Source: Octopus vulgaris (Eukaryota). From it: 64,000 nt of DNA. The translations under genes were made by a program, and so were the position numbers. The notes under the pieces were generated by a model. It had not been told where the DNA came from, did not search any database, and saw nothing but the letters and a program-made list of their open reading frames with translations. Location: NCBI GenBank assembly GCA_951406725.2, contig OX597815.1:97464001-97528000 (forward strand). Reading direction: 5' to 3'. Below, in pieces: positions 27,783-40,845 of the stretch (positions are counted from its first letter, which is position 1; each line of letters begins with the position of its first letter).

Positions 27783-28160
27783 AGTCAGGTTGAGGTCAAT
27801 GAAGAGAGTGGATATCATACCACTTGTAAGTGGAAATACGAAGAGAGTAGAAGTGGTACCAATGGTAGGGAAAACGAAGGTTGTGGTCAATGAAAAAAGA
27901 AGACGTGATACCAGCAGTAGGAAATACGAAGTTTGTGGTCAATTAAGAGAGATAGGTGATACCAATAGTAATTGGTGTATTTCGAAGTATCAACACTCAA
28001 CAACCAACATAGCTGAAAAAGACTGGTTCAAAATCAGCTTTGCTTGGAGCTAAGTGTTCTTCGCAGGTTTCTTGAAACATGACCAGTAAACAAGTGTCAT
28101 CTCAGACTGCTGGCTGGGGACAGGTGACACATACCATTATACCCAGCAAAATAAGTAGTG
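27783..28160 (+). mobile_element. R4/Dong-type LINE 3' end fragment after (TAA)n
   Basis: RLRSMKRVDIIPLV repeated in decayed form; matches 50594-50745. Confidence 0.55.
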
Positions 28161-28170
28161 AGTTTTCATT

Positions 28171-28206
<36 letters not shown>

Positions 28207-28207
28207 C

Positions 28208-28284
<77 letters not shown>

Positions 28285-28306
28285 TAGTAGTAGTAGTAGT
28301 AGTAGT
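28171..28306. repeat. (TAG)n microsatellite
   Basis: Directly visible. Confidence 0.95.
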
Positions 28307-28309
28307 CCT

Positions 28310-28454
28310 TTCTATTATAGGCACAAGTCGAGAAATATTTGGAGAGGGGACTAGTCAATTATATCTACCGCTGCGTAGTTTGAATGTAAAAACGGACGAA
28401 ACGCCGCTAAGCATTGTACCCGGCTTGCTAAAGATTTTGGTATCTTGCCGCTTC

Positions 28455-28456
<2 letters not shown>
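28310..28456 (-). mobile_element. Internally deleted AAGGCGG-type SINE
   Basis: GACGAAACGCCGCTAAGCATT..CCCGGC.TGCTAA, with a tail ending TGTGCCTATAATAGAAAGG on the minus strand. Confidence 0.7.
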
Positions 28457-28508
<52 letters not shown>

Positions 28509-28539
28509 TAATAATAATAATCACAGTGATGACAACATG

Positions 28540-29760
28540 TCGGCATCCAATGGCTTCATGCCTGGGATGAAGGCGAATGAACCGGGAATCGGGATTTCAC
28601 TGCGGAGCAATATTTGAATGAAGACTTTCTCATAGTGAGAATCGTGATTACGGCCGCCAACATACAGGAATGTGATAGGAACAGGCCCATCTTCTGAGTA
28701 GTAAGTCTTTTGCGGTCTTGTTTGACTATCTTACTAGAGCTGGTATCACGATAAAAAGATACCGGATGGTGGTTAATATTAAAACACATGCCTCAATGTT
28801 AAATTAAAATGTGTATTACAAATGTATCACGTAATGGTGCAAATGAGGCTGAAACCAAAGGTGAAAGTATTTCGCCCGGTACGGGCCATGGGGTTGAGCA
28901 GCACAGGCCCGGACGTCATTCAAAGACTGCTTATACACAAAGTCAGAGGCAGAGAAGAAGGTGGGATAAGAAGGAAAACCGTACGATAATTGAATGTTAG
29001 ATCAGGAGTTAACCCAACAGAAGGGGATTCCGACAACGTATGAAAGCAACATTTAATGAAAAAGGACTATTCGAAATACGTGTGTAACGGCTAGCCGACC
29101 AGGCAAGAGCAATAAGAGCAAAAGGGTGGTTAATAGACATGGAAAGTGAAGAGATAAAAAGTAGAAAGTAGAAATAATACTTCACCAACAGATAACGTTC
29201 CCAGCGAGCACAGAGAAATGAATGGCGACAGTAAAGACGTAGAGTGTAAATGGAAATTCATTCTCAGCAAAGGAAGCAGAAACAATGGGAGGAATTATAT
29301 CACCAGAATATGATGATGAACAACAATACTTAGTGAGGACACTGTGCCGATATATTAGAGAAGACCAGGAACGACCCCCCACCATTGTGAGGTACATTTA
29401 TCGATGCAAGCTCAAAGTTGAAACCGAAGGTATAGTTTCAGCCCTTGGACCATTTCAGACGAGAAATATAACTGAAACTAACAAGATTTGGGTTGCAATT
29501 ATGGTTGCTACTGATACAGTTGGATGCAAAAGAAGAGAACAAACGTAAATTAATATACTGGCACAGAGGAATTTGTGGGAAACAAAGTTAAAAAGACATT
29601 TAGGACCAGTTGATAGACTGAGTAGAAGGGAATAGCAGAAGGAAAGCATAAGAATAATGCTGGAAAGAACAAATGGAATATGAGATAAAGAGTTTGCTGT
29701 GATATTAGGAATCAGTATTAGTGCGAATACAGTTTCTACTCGTGATTCACTAAGCATCAT
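28540..29760 (+). mobile_element. 5' portion of an R4/Dong-type LINE (5' UTR + N-terminal coding relic) following (TAA)n
   Basis: RLADQARAIRAKGWL at ~29088-29132 and NITETN at ~29465 resemble R4/Dong N-terminal motifs; preceded by a (TAA)n tract. Confidence 0.55.
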
Positions 29761-32700
29761 CAGCATATCTATTGTCCAGGCTTATATCAGGAAACCAACG
29801 GACTTATACAAAACATATACTAAAATCGTTCACGACTTCTGTTGAAATCGAAACATGTGTCCATGGCTTTTCTCTTACCTCCTGACAGTAAGTCCAAATT
29901 ATAAGATAATCATTCCTCATACTGAAATGGTCTCAAATGTCATTTGCCAATTGTGACGCATTCTCTACAGCAGAAGATAATTTTAATAAATGAAGAATTT
30001 ATGTCGTATGGTATTTGACATAATTGCATTTGTCTAAGCAATTTAAATGGTTCCACTGGCCATTCTGAGTGATTTCTCTTTTTTGAAGATTTACACACAC
30101 ACACACACACATACACGCACGCGAACGCACGTACGTAAGTATCTACATATAATCACATTCTATTTCGCGTGTATTGCTTCTTTCGCAATTTGCTTTTTAT
30201 ATTTGAATTCCTAAATGGTTCAGTCATTTAGTAGCACAATGAAAATTGAAAACGTAAGCACACTCATTTGAAGCTATTCTGAGTGTTTTCCTATTCTACT
30301 TGTTTAATTTTAGAGTATTATGACGTTATATTTTAGAATAATTTTCAAGTTTTCAAATTGTTTTCTTTTTGTACATCCGGAAATGTGATTAATGTAATTT
30401 TTTTTTATCTGGTTTAGATGCAGTCGTCTTATTAAATACATTGTTATTATTGAAGAAATATTTCTTAATTTTTTAATTATAATTTATGTTTAACTTTCAT
30501 CTAAAAATTTACTCAGAGCTGAAATTTGCTGTGAATTTTAATTTCGGTGAATCTCAATTTGTTGTTTTGTCTAATAATTTGTTATGAATAATAATTTCCT
30601 TCACATATTTTATTTTCTTTAATTAATATTATTAATAAAAATAACAACATGCTTTGGAAAAGTATTCAAATAAATATGTTTAATTGCTTGATTCTTTTAA
30701 TGTATTTTTAATATTTGGATTGTGTTTAAAGTGAACTATTTATGTAATTAGTCTATAATTGTTGTTCTTAGAGACAGCATTGTCAAGAAATTTTCCATTT
30801 ATGTAAATGTTACTTTATTGAAACGCATCAATTTGCGAGTCTCTAGATATTTCTAAATTCGTATTATCATAGTTTTTATTTTTTCTATATTTACATTATG
30901 TTTCTGAATTGAGCATAATTTTTGAATGTGTTATTAAATTGTCTTCTTTAGATCTATTTATTTATTTATTTATAAATTGAAATCAACAACTACTGCATAA
31001 TGCAATGGCACAGGTTCTGGAAAATAAAACACTAAATCAACTAAATACATTTTAAGAGGAATTTGATTCTAAAAATATAACGTTTTAAATCACGAAGTAT
31101 CAAAATAAACGGATGAATATGCGTGTCCTATGTCTATCTGTCTGTGTAGAAACCGACATGCCTAGTTGTAAAATTTGTACACGACAATGATGGAAAGTGA
31201 ATTTATAACTAATGTTGGCCAATGTTTTCATCAGACAAATATCTAAGAAGGGAATCTAATTAAACTGAAAATATAACTGTCCTCCATAACAACATAATAA
31301 CCAAAATATATTTAGAAGTTATGGGGTTAATGTAATGAGTATTTTACTTTGCCAAAGATATCCAATATTTCTTAAATATCTTCAGTTTTATATTTTTCCC
31401 GTGTCAAATAATATCGAAGGCGTCTAAATCGAATGTAGGTACTTTGTAAAAAATTTGAACAATTTGCATTCCGTGACAAGAATTTTTCCTGTGAAATATA
31501 TATTAAAAAATACTCTCAATATCTGACGTTACATTCTCTGCTGTTAGCAACACACTACTATTATTCTTGTTACTATTATTGTTGTTGTGGTTATGATTGT
31601 TGTTATCGTTGTTCAGCCTCGTGTAATCCGCGATCAAAATGTCTTTTTTTTGTTCCATTATAAAGTAAACTCTGCTGGAGTATTTACTTTATTATTTCTT
31701 TCTTAACACATTAGGTTTATAATTTGATGGAGATTCAATTGTTAATTCTAACAGATACAGTGAAGTTGTAGTGGTTAAGAGTAGCTTACTCACCACAGTA
31801 CCGCTTTCACTAAATTACTTACTCATTCGTTTTCCATTATTTTCTCACTCATAAAATGTTCGCTTAGTCCAGTCTTTTAACCACAAAATGTCGACCCACT
31901 TGAATTCACTCAAGACATGTTTTTTTTTTTTTTTTGTAGTTCTGTTTGCCTTTGCAGAGCAAAATAACAAAACACACTGTCAGAATCTAAGCTTTGTATA
32001 CCTGACACACGCATACATCACCTGCTCTTCTAATCTCAAATACTATTAATTGTAGTGAGAGGCAGTCGAAGCTAACTGTGTTCATATCTTTCTCAAAGAT
32101 TGTTTCTTTTTCTTTTCGTTGTCTAAATTAAACTGACAACATCACACAGTAGCTAAACCCCACACTTTCATTTCCAATTCACTCACTCATCTACAAAACA
32201 TAAAACCTATAAAGAACCTTTCAGACTGGTATATGAAGAGTGCAAATAAAAGAATAATTCGAGAACTAAAAAGGATATCTTTTGTTATTCAAGAAATAAT
32301 TCAATACTTATACGTGTTTGAGTACATTTGAGTGAGTGTGAATATGCATATTTTTTCAGTAGAGACAACATTAGCAAATTCATCATAGCGCATGACACCA
32401 CGGTTCCGCAAATTTTTGACATGGCGGTTTGATATTTCTTGTCGTAGCGGGTTGATATTCCAAATATATTTCAATAAAAGAGGGAAAGTCTATTATGTAA
32501 AGACATAAGCTGAATTTAAAACACCAGCGTAATAATGCAACACCGGAACTTCTGTTGAACTTATAGAAATACCAGTAAAATATTGTATCAAATTGCATAG
32601 TAGCGTAATACTTGTGAAAATGTATGGTCAATAAGTTTGAGCGTTTGATATAATGTTTACCGCGTCATAGATGACTCGGAAGCTAAATGACAACAACAAT

Positions 32701-33762
32701 AGCATTAGTGAAAATTCGAAAAATATATTAAATCTTCTCAAAAACCTCTGTATTTTATAAAATTTTTATTTGAAACATTGATACCTTACGAATTCAACAT
32801 CTGCGAAGTAAATTTCGACCACAATACTTGTTATTCTTTATAATTTAATATATTTTAGATGAAGATTGATTTTAAAAGAACACGTGAAGATTTATAGATA
32901 TGTGTCGCTCTTTATTTGTCAAAGGAGCATTACTTATTCTCATGTATTAACCAGATGCAGATTGATACACTCAAATATACAAAGGTGATTATTTTATAGA
33001 TGCATCATTCTTAAGAATATCAAACATGAAGAGCATGTTTCAAGTATGTATATGTGTGTGTGGGGGGGGGTTGTTTATGTGTGAATTTATGTATGTATAT
33101 TCTCCTCTGCTTTTAATTAAACTCTTCCTCTGAAGAAAGAGCTGGTCCCTATCAAAGATACAATGCTCCATATTTGGAATAATAAGAAAAACAAAAAAAC
33201 AGTGTCACTTTCTGAGCTTGTAGAAAGTCGTGCATATTTCTACATTTCTACTAACAAATTGTATTTGCAATGTGCAATTTAGTTAGGAGACTTCTTTTTC
33301 AGAAAATCCAAACTTATCTAGCCTTTCAGTTAGGCATTTACTCTCAAAACTAAGCGCGCCAGTTATTATTGATATAAATCTAAATTTCTAATCTGGACAT
33401 TAAAGCTAGTGGTTTGGAAGCATATCTCCATAGTTAGCCTTTTTCTTTTTGATTTTGAAATCTATTTTCATATCGGCATGGCAGCTGATGCCTATGACGG
33501 TACAACAATATCAGGCCTGTTAAGCAAACACTTAACAAATGTGTTGATGGGAATGTTCCACCACTATACCTTGTGTTGATATTTGTGTATATATTCAATA
33601 ACGGTGGGATTCTCTACATTTATTCGAGAACAGTCATTTTTACAGATAGTATTGTATATAGTTTTGCGACATCGTCGTGCCGCATAGTGAGGTAGTAGTT
33701 TGCCGACAATTTTGGGCAGCCGCTAGTCACGTGTGTAATGTCTTCCATAGAATTATGACTAT

Positions 33763-34180
33763 AAGGCGGCAAGCTGGCAGAAATGTTAACACGCCGGGCG
33801 AAATACTTCGCGGTATTTCGTCTGCCGCTACTTTTTGTGTTCAAATTCCGCCGAGGTGGACTTTGCCTTTCATCCTTTCGGGGTCGATTAAATAAGTACC
33901 AGTTACACACTGGGGTCGATGTAATCGGCTTAACCCGTTTATCTGTCCTTGTTTGTCCCCTCTGTGCTTAGCATCTTGTGGGTAGTAAAGAAATAAGTAT
34001 TTCGTCTGCTGTTACGTTCTGAGTTCAAATTCCACTGAGGTCGAATTTGCCTTTCATCCATTCGGGGTCGATAAATTAAGTACCAGTTATGCAAAGGTTC
34101 GATGTAGTCGACTTCATCCCTTTGTCTGTCCTTGTTTGTCCCCTCTGTGTTTAGCCCCTTGTGGGCAATAATGAAATAAG
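33763..34180 (+). mobile_element. Dimeric AAGGCGG-type SINE, both units ending in the Tx1-like tail
   Basis: Head AAGGCGGCAAGCTGGCAG, core GCCTTTCATCCTTTCGGGGTCGAT (Meta-domain-like), tail TGTCCTTGTTTGTCCCCTCTGTG twice. TSD AGAATTATGAC (33749) / AGAAATATGAC (34179). Confidence 0.9.
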
Positions 34181-34371
34181 AAATATGACGTAAACATTTT
34201 CGGTTGCATGTTGGAACTCCAAGGTCTTCGTTGTCTGTTTTGTTTATAAGGTATTTCGTATCAGTATCCTGTTCTTAGATTTAACATTCATAGCCAGTCC
34301 AAATAGGAAATGCTGTAGTGGAGACGAGTGTAAGAGAGGCTTCACTTAATACCAATGTGATTGTTTTCTTT

Positions 34372-34590
34372 AAGGCGACGAGTTGGCACAATCGTTCGCA
34401 TGCCGGGAGAAATGCTTAGCAGCATTTCGTCCGCCTTTACGTTCTGAGTTTAAATTCAGCCATGGTCGATTTTGCCTTTCATCCTTTTGAGATCAATGAC
34501 ATGAGTACCAATGGAACACTGAAGTCAGCGAAATTGACTTACCCCTCCCACGAAATTGCTGGGTATGTGCTACAATCTGAAATTAATATT
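34372..34590 (+). mobile_element. AAGGCGG-type SINE with the alternative (GAAATTGCTGG..TGTGC) tail
   Basis: AAGGCGACGAGTTGGCACAATCG...GAGTTTAAATTC...CCCTCCCACGAAATTGCTGG. Confidence 0.8.
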
Positions 34591-34968
34591 GCTATCTCCT
34601 CTTCGGTAATGTGCGTCGATATCACTACTTTTGTAGATTTCTCCAGCTGATGTCATTATTTGTGTGTTTTAACGCCTAGGAGTGAATTTCTTCGACAGGG
34701 CAGTAAAGTACCCCAAATGCTGGTGTCAGCACTGGCAGTGCAAATACATTGTGGGAGATTATCTTGTACGAGGTGTGTTCCGACTGCCGTACTTTTCTAG
34801 CATAATATTCTCGTGTTGCTCTATCTTTATTCACAGTACGTTCGTATGATACGTATCTATGCATGTTTTTATAGTGCACAACTTGCAGAAAACAAATTGT
34901 TTCACAATGAATAATGAATATATTCAAAATAAAATATTCTATACACACACACACACACACACACATAC

Positions 34969-35029
<61 letters not shown>

Positions 35030-35603
35030 TATATATATATATACTTGTAAATTATATTGATTGTACATGAGTTTCATCGAACGTGTGTTTGCGCGTGCGT
35101 ATGAATGCGTGTGTGTATGTGTGCGCGCGCATATGTATATGCGAGCGTGTGTGTGTGTATATGTTGGTGAATATACATGTGTATGCATAAGCTTTTGTGT
35201 TCGGATGGACGGTGTGCTATCATTGTTGTAGGAGTAATTACTTGGCGAATGTCCGAGACTGACAATAGCTGAGGGGCGTTTAGATTTGTTTTCTAGGATG
35301 TCATTAGAGGAATGACTGAAATATACAAGGAATGAAACTATGTGGGCAGTAACCACAGTATTCTATTATTCAATCATTTAAATTCAATAATATATTGAGA
35401 AACCAACCTTACTTGATCAAAGTTCTTGCTTCACATAATTATTCTGCTGTGTTCACGTCGTTAGCTCACAATATTTAGTATGAGAGCGATAACTTTATTG
35501 CTTCTTTTAGAGAGAAGCGCCTCTTGAGAGCTTACCTCTGCACCATATCCTATATTCATCTATTCATTCATTCATTTATTCTTTCATTAATCTATTTTTG
35601 CAG

Positions 35604-35708
35604 GTTAACATAGAGGGTTTGACAGGGAGAATACGTTATGATGACCGGGGTCTCCGAACTGATATTGACCTCGATATTTTAGAACTCTCCAAGATTGGAT
35701 TTGACAAG
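35604..35708 (+). CDS. Internal exon of a non-NMDA (kainate/AMPA-type) ionotropic glutamate receptor, end of amino-terminal domain
   Basis: Acceptor ctatttttgcag|, donor AAG|gtaagc, 105 bp, phase 0-0, no stops: VNIEGLTGRIRYDDRGLRTDIDLDILELSKIGFDK. This matches the EGLTGRI.F...GLRTDF.LD kainate-receptor motif. Confidence 0.93.
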
Positions 35709-36881
35709 GTAAGCTATATTTTATTTACTTTAGCTTCACTGGTTGCATAATAGATTTTTATAGGTTGTTATGTAAGTAATAATAGAAAAATTATGTTTCT
35801 GTATATATATGAGTGTGTCTATATATATGTAATTTAAATATACACGCATCCGTACAGGTGTGCCTGCACACATATGCACATATATGCATGTATGTTTATA
35901 TGTATATGTGTATATTTGTATGTGTGCACACATAATTCATTCGTATATGCAGCTGCTGGTAATGAGAAGTAAACATCGACAATTTCGAGAGAGTGTGTTT
36001 ACGCGCGCGCGTTTGTGTGTGTGTTTTGTTTATTTCTTGGGAAACAACATAACAATTTCTGAACGAGCGTTTTCTGAAATTTGCACTCATATGCAAATTA
36101 ATCCCAAAACACCGTGTGAAGAAAAGCTTCCCTACTCCTCACTTAGAGGTAAACGAGTAGGTCTAAAAATAGGAGAAAATAAACGAATGTTTATCCTAAT
36201 GGAAGAGGTATGCATTTTTCAAAATGTTACTTGACAAAATCTAGGAACACAATATAAGTTTCCTAGTTTCGAAGCTATGTATTTGTGAGTGTATGTGTGT
36301 GTGTGTTTTATTGATGAATAGTGTTACATCACGCAAAACAAAAAAGAATATCTTTATTACATGAATACATGTTAGAATAAAATATTTTTAACATCTCAAT
36401 AAGAAGTCAAAAGTACTATTTTTAATCTACTGGCACTTCTGACTTGTTATTGAGAGGTTCCAAATGTTAAATTCATGCATGTATTCACATGAGGAAAAAC
36501 GAGGTTTTTGCATGATGTATCACTTTTAATCGTCAATGAAAAACAAAACACGTCTGAAACAACTGCAGTGAACCATTGTCCATCTGTTAATAATTGTCCA
36601 TCTTTTAATAATTCACCTAACTTGGAACCTGCGGTTCGCTTGTATCTGGAGTCTATTGAGTGCAGGGAAATGGGTGCAGTGTTTCTACCCATGTGCAACC
36701 CTGATGATTCAATGTATATTCAGACGACCATTTGTGATTGTAAGCACAATCGGTGTATAAATCTGTGTCTACTTTATTCAATTTTCAAATATAGTTTGTA
36801 ATGATAACGATATCACCAACTCGAATTTGGTACTTTACTACTGTAGTACCTGGTTTGCATGAATACTGATAATATTACATA

Positions 36882-36976
<95 letters not shown>

Positions 36977-36999
36977 AACTTATAGAAAAACAAAAGATT

Positions 37000-37103
37000 A
37001 AGACAGTTGTATGAACAACAAACAAGTATATTAGTTCGACGCTCGAGAAAATGAAAAATGAAAAAGTCTTTTACATTTCGAGCCTCATCTCTTCAACAGA
37101 AAG
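37000..37103 (-). mobile_element. Hammerhead-like short repeat, degenerate partial copy
   Basis: Minus strand reads CTGTTGA-A-GAGATGAGGCTC-GAAATGTA-AAAG. Confidence 0.45.
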
Positions 37104-37104
37104 G

Positions 37105-38365
37105 CGGATTGCATAGTGGTTAGGTTGTTGCACTCATGATTGAGGGTTCGATTCTCAAACCGGTCTTGGAGCTGAGCTCCTGAATAAACCACTTTATTTC
37201 ACATTGCTCTGCGGACATTTCATCTGGCATGTGGCACATGATGCACCCATACAGATAATGTTGATTCGATGGAGGGAGTGAGCTTATGTGTACACGGCCA
37301 TTTGATCACTATAAACAAATTATCTTTGTCGTTGTTCGGCAAGATATTCTTTCCTTTATTAGCCACTAGAACCTAACATAGAGGGACAATACAGGACATA
37401 TGGTTGGGGTCATACATAAATGTGTGTACACATTTTTAACAATGGTAAGAGGCTAAACATTTCAGGTGGAAACATAAAAACAACAGTGGTACTCAAAAGT
37501 GTGGTATTCTGGGTTGGTCGGGGAAACCCCACAAGCCATGTGAAACCCTGATCGCTAAGGCAAAAGACTAAAAGTTTATGCCCAAGTTAGATCCATTCAT
37601 TCTAAACATTCGTGCAACTTTTACCCATCTTTCCTTAAATTTGCACGAGGGGAGCTCCTCCCACTCCAACCCCCATTTCTTTTTCAAGTGGAACCTGAAC
37701 TAATTAATTAAACCACCGCCGGTGAGAAAGGTGCTTGTTGTTAAAACTTTCACCCGCGACATCCACAGAACCTCTTTTGCAAGTGCAAATCCAGTGAACT
37801 GTGGTCGTTCAGAAAGCGTCGTTGCCTTCAAAGCGAACCCAGGCCACGCACGTCTAAACAACTTAACTTGGGCAAAACCAAAAAAATGATGCTGTGGGAA
37901 TTTCCACGATCAAGTTTTTGTATAAAATATTGATTATTGCTCTTTGAAGATTACCGACCCGAATGGGGTGGTTTTCTTTTAAATCAATGAAGGTGTTGTT
38001 AGTTACGCTGAGCATATTTATGTGAGGTGGAACGTCAGGTGGTGTGTACAGAAAATCTTGATTTCTATAGTTCAGTTTGGGGGGCGTAGCCCTCTTTATG
38101 GCTGGAGGCCATGTTTAGAAAATGTAAACAATAACGTGCCAAAAAAGTACGCTATAAAATTAAAATTAAAATTTGCCCCAAAAAGCCGGAATATTTTAGT
38201 CAAGAAAATTTTGCTTACCAAATAGGTTCAGTTTAAGTGACTACAATACAAATGTCCAAAATAATATTATACCCGTTTGAGTAACAAGAAACTACCAAAA
38301 ACTTACGAGCTCAAAAAATACTTGACTATTCGGCAAGAAATTGCCGAACCCTCATACGTCGTTGC
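37105..38365 (+). mobile_element. CORE-like tRNA SINE split by a 984-bp insertion (37105-37344 + 38329-38365)
   Basis: TAGTGGTTAGG...GGTTCGATTCTC head; the sequence resumes after duplicated TTCGGCAAGA. Uninterrupted relative at 46675-46970. Confidence 0.7.
37345..38328 (-). mobile_element. Internally deleted Tx1/L1-type retroelement (5'-UTR-like segment + ORF2 C-terminus + 3' tail)
   Basis: TSD TTCGGCAAGA (37335-37344, 38329-38338). Minus frame ALAKEVLWMSRVKVLTTSTFLTGGGLIN*FRFHLKKK...FKERWVKVARMFRMN (~37570-37790). Tail TGTCCTGTATTGTCCCTCTATGTT...AATAAAGGAAAGAAT. Confidence 0.8.
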
Positions 38366-38699
38366 AGTTACATTCTGTATACAAATGCGGACACACCGCT
38401 CTAACCCAGAAGCAATTGAAGTTATTTTTATGTACCTGATTCAATAAATGTGTATATATATGGTCAGATCACGATTTCATCCTCATCAACGACTCTTAGC
38501 GCCTAGGGTTAAACTCAACTACCTTTGTCAGTCTTATAAGAAAACCCGTTGAAAACGTGCTGATTTTCAATACTGTAAAAGTTATATATACTCTATTATT
38601 CTTATAGGAGATGCAGTTCGAAAGCTGCGAATATGCTGCTGCACGACCAGTGATTTTAAATATTTGGAACACTTTGTGTGTCGTATATAAATATCTTTT

Positions 38700-39125
38700 A
38701 TTTGTTAGTTGTTTCAGTTATTTTGACTGCGGCCATTCTGGGGCACCAACTGAAGAGGTTTTTAATCGAAGAAATCGACGCTAGAACTTTTTCCTCATAG
38801 CCTGGAACTTATTCTAACAGTATTTTTTTGACGAACCGCTATATTACGGCAACGGAAAAATACCTACACCTGTTCTCAAGCTGTGGTGGTGGAAAACACA
38901 CACAACACACACACAAACAACACACACACACACAACACACACACAAACAACACACACACACATATATATATACGATAGGCTTCTTTCTGTGTCATTCTAC
39001 CTAATCCGCTCACAAGTCTTTAGTCGGCCCGAAGCCATGATAGTAGTCAAGGTGCCACGCAGTGGTACTGAACCCGGGACCATATGGCTGGGAAGCAAGC
39101 TTGTTACCACGCAGTCAGGCCTGTG
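38700..39125 (-). mobile_element. 15088-type SINE
   Basis: GTTTCAG..TTTGACTGCGGCCAT (tail) to GTGCCACGCAGTGGTACTGAACCCGG (head). Confidence 0.85.
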
Positions 39126-39355
39126 CGTATATGTGCTCATATATATATATATATATGTTTTACATCAAGTAATACATAAAAGCAATTTAAACTTTCACTG
39201 AAGGCCTACACAAGTCAGTTCAGCAGAGTACATGTGTATTAAACTCTTACAAGAAGTTTGAAGTTTGAGAATGATTTGAATTTTCTGCTTCCTCGACTTC
39301 GAAGAAGCCGAATCCGCGAAGTTACTATTAGCATTTTCGTTTTAAAAGTAATACA

Positions 39356-39406
<51 letters not shown>

Positions 39407-40084
39407 GTATATATGTATATACAAACACGCAAGTATGTAGACATGCAGACAGACAAATACTCACGGACACTCACACACCCCACACACGCACGCATATATT
39501 GATGTATTTGTATATGTGTCTATATATTTTTGTATATTTTTATCGGTTATTGTATTCCATACTTTTCACGCATCTTTGTTGTGAGGATGAACTGTATACT
39601 TCGGTATGCAGTTCGTAAAAACAGCTATAAAACAATTGTATATGCTGTTTTTGTCATATTATTATCAATTTATGAGTTATTTTATTGCTTACATCAGTGT
39701 TTGGTCGTATATTAACATCTGCTGAAAGTAAGCAATCCAGGCAATTTTTTTCTTGTGCAAAATAGGAAAAACTTAATCATATTATTTTTTGGCTAAATAA
39801 TCATTGTCTTCACATGCAGAAGTACAGAGAAAACTACAAAGCAATATATTTTATATATTGAAAGTAATATAATGGTGTAAAATACATAGAATTATTGGTG
39901 ACAGACATAACTGCAGGAAACATTTGTATAAGTTTGTTAATTTTTTCTGTATGAGACTTTTGTATTCATTTGTTAACTTTTTACTTTATCACTTCAGGTC
40001 TCTGTTGTGATTTAAAATGACTATGAGAAAATCTTATCGAAACTAGTGAGTCTTGTTAAAAATTTACTAATATATTCATAAGTT

Positions 40085-40845
40085 AGAGCAACAGAGAGAA
40101 TGTCTGGCATCATTTCATGCTGGTATTTATGTTCTGAGTTCACAACTAAGTGAGATTTATCTTCCTTCTTCCCGATGTCGATAACAGCAAGTACTAGTCA
40201 CGAACTGGAATCGATAGCTACGAACGTAAAGTAAGGGGATCGCGGAATAGACTATCATTTTCACTGAAACTATTTGTTAACATAAAAACTATTAAGGCGT
40301 TGAGCTGGCAGAATCGCTAGCGCACCAGGCACAAATGCTTAGCGGCATTTCCTCCGTCTACAAATTCTGAGTGAAAATTCTGACGATGTTGAATTTACCT
40401 TTCATCCTTTAGGGATCGACAAAAAGAACCCGCTGAGTACTGGGGTCAGTGTAATCGAATTAGCCCCTCCACCGAATTTGCTAGCCTTTTGCCAAAATTT
40501 GAAATTACTGCTACTAATAGTAGTAATTGTTTTTAGTTTATCGTTATTCATTTTATTCATATTTGCGTGCGCGAATAATCAAAGTATTTATTATTTGCAT
40601 TATCGTAACTGATGTTATGGCTCTTGTGGCCAATAAAAGCAATGAGCTGACAGTACTGTTACTACGGCGATCAAAATGCTTAGCTTCATTTTTTCTGGAT
40701 TTACAAACTGAGTTCAAATTTCACGGAGGTCTTCCTTCATTCCTTCGAGGTGGATAAAATAAGTATTAGTTTAGTACTGCGGGGGTCAATGTAATTGATC
40801 CCCCTCATCTGTAATACTGTTGAGCCTGTGCTAAAATTTCAAACC
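40085..40845 (+). mobile_element. Cluster of three AAGGCGG-type SINEs (40085-40220, 40294-40510, 40640-40845)
   Basis: AAGGCGTTGAGCTGGCAGAATCGCTAGC.., CCTTTCATCCTTTAGGGATCGA, GAGTTCAAATT. Confidence 0.8.

Larger units (their letters stand above)
33190..34860 (-). mobile_element. Decayed R4/Dong LINE (RT C-terminus, CCHC, REL endonuclease) interrupted by SINEs
   Basis: EYYARKVRQSE..HNVFALPVLTPAFG (34700-34815) and EDITHVTSGCPKLSANYYLTMRHDDVAK (33660-33748). Confidence 0.8.

Noticed and set aside
33130-33170. Hammerhead motif CTGAAGA..GAGC...GCTC
   Set aside because: The GAAA half of the core is missing.
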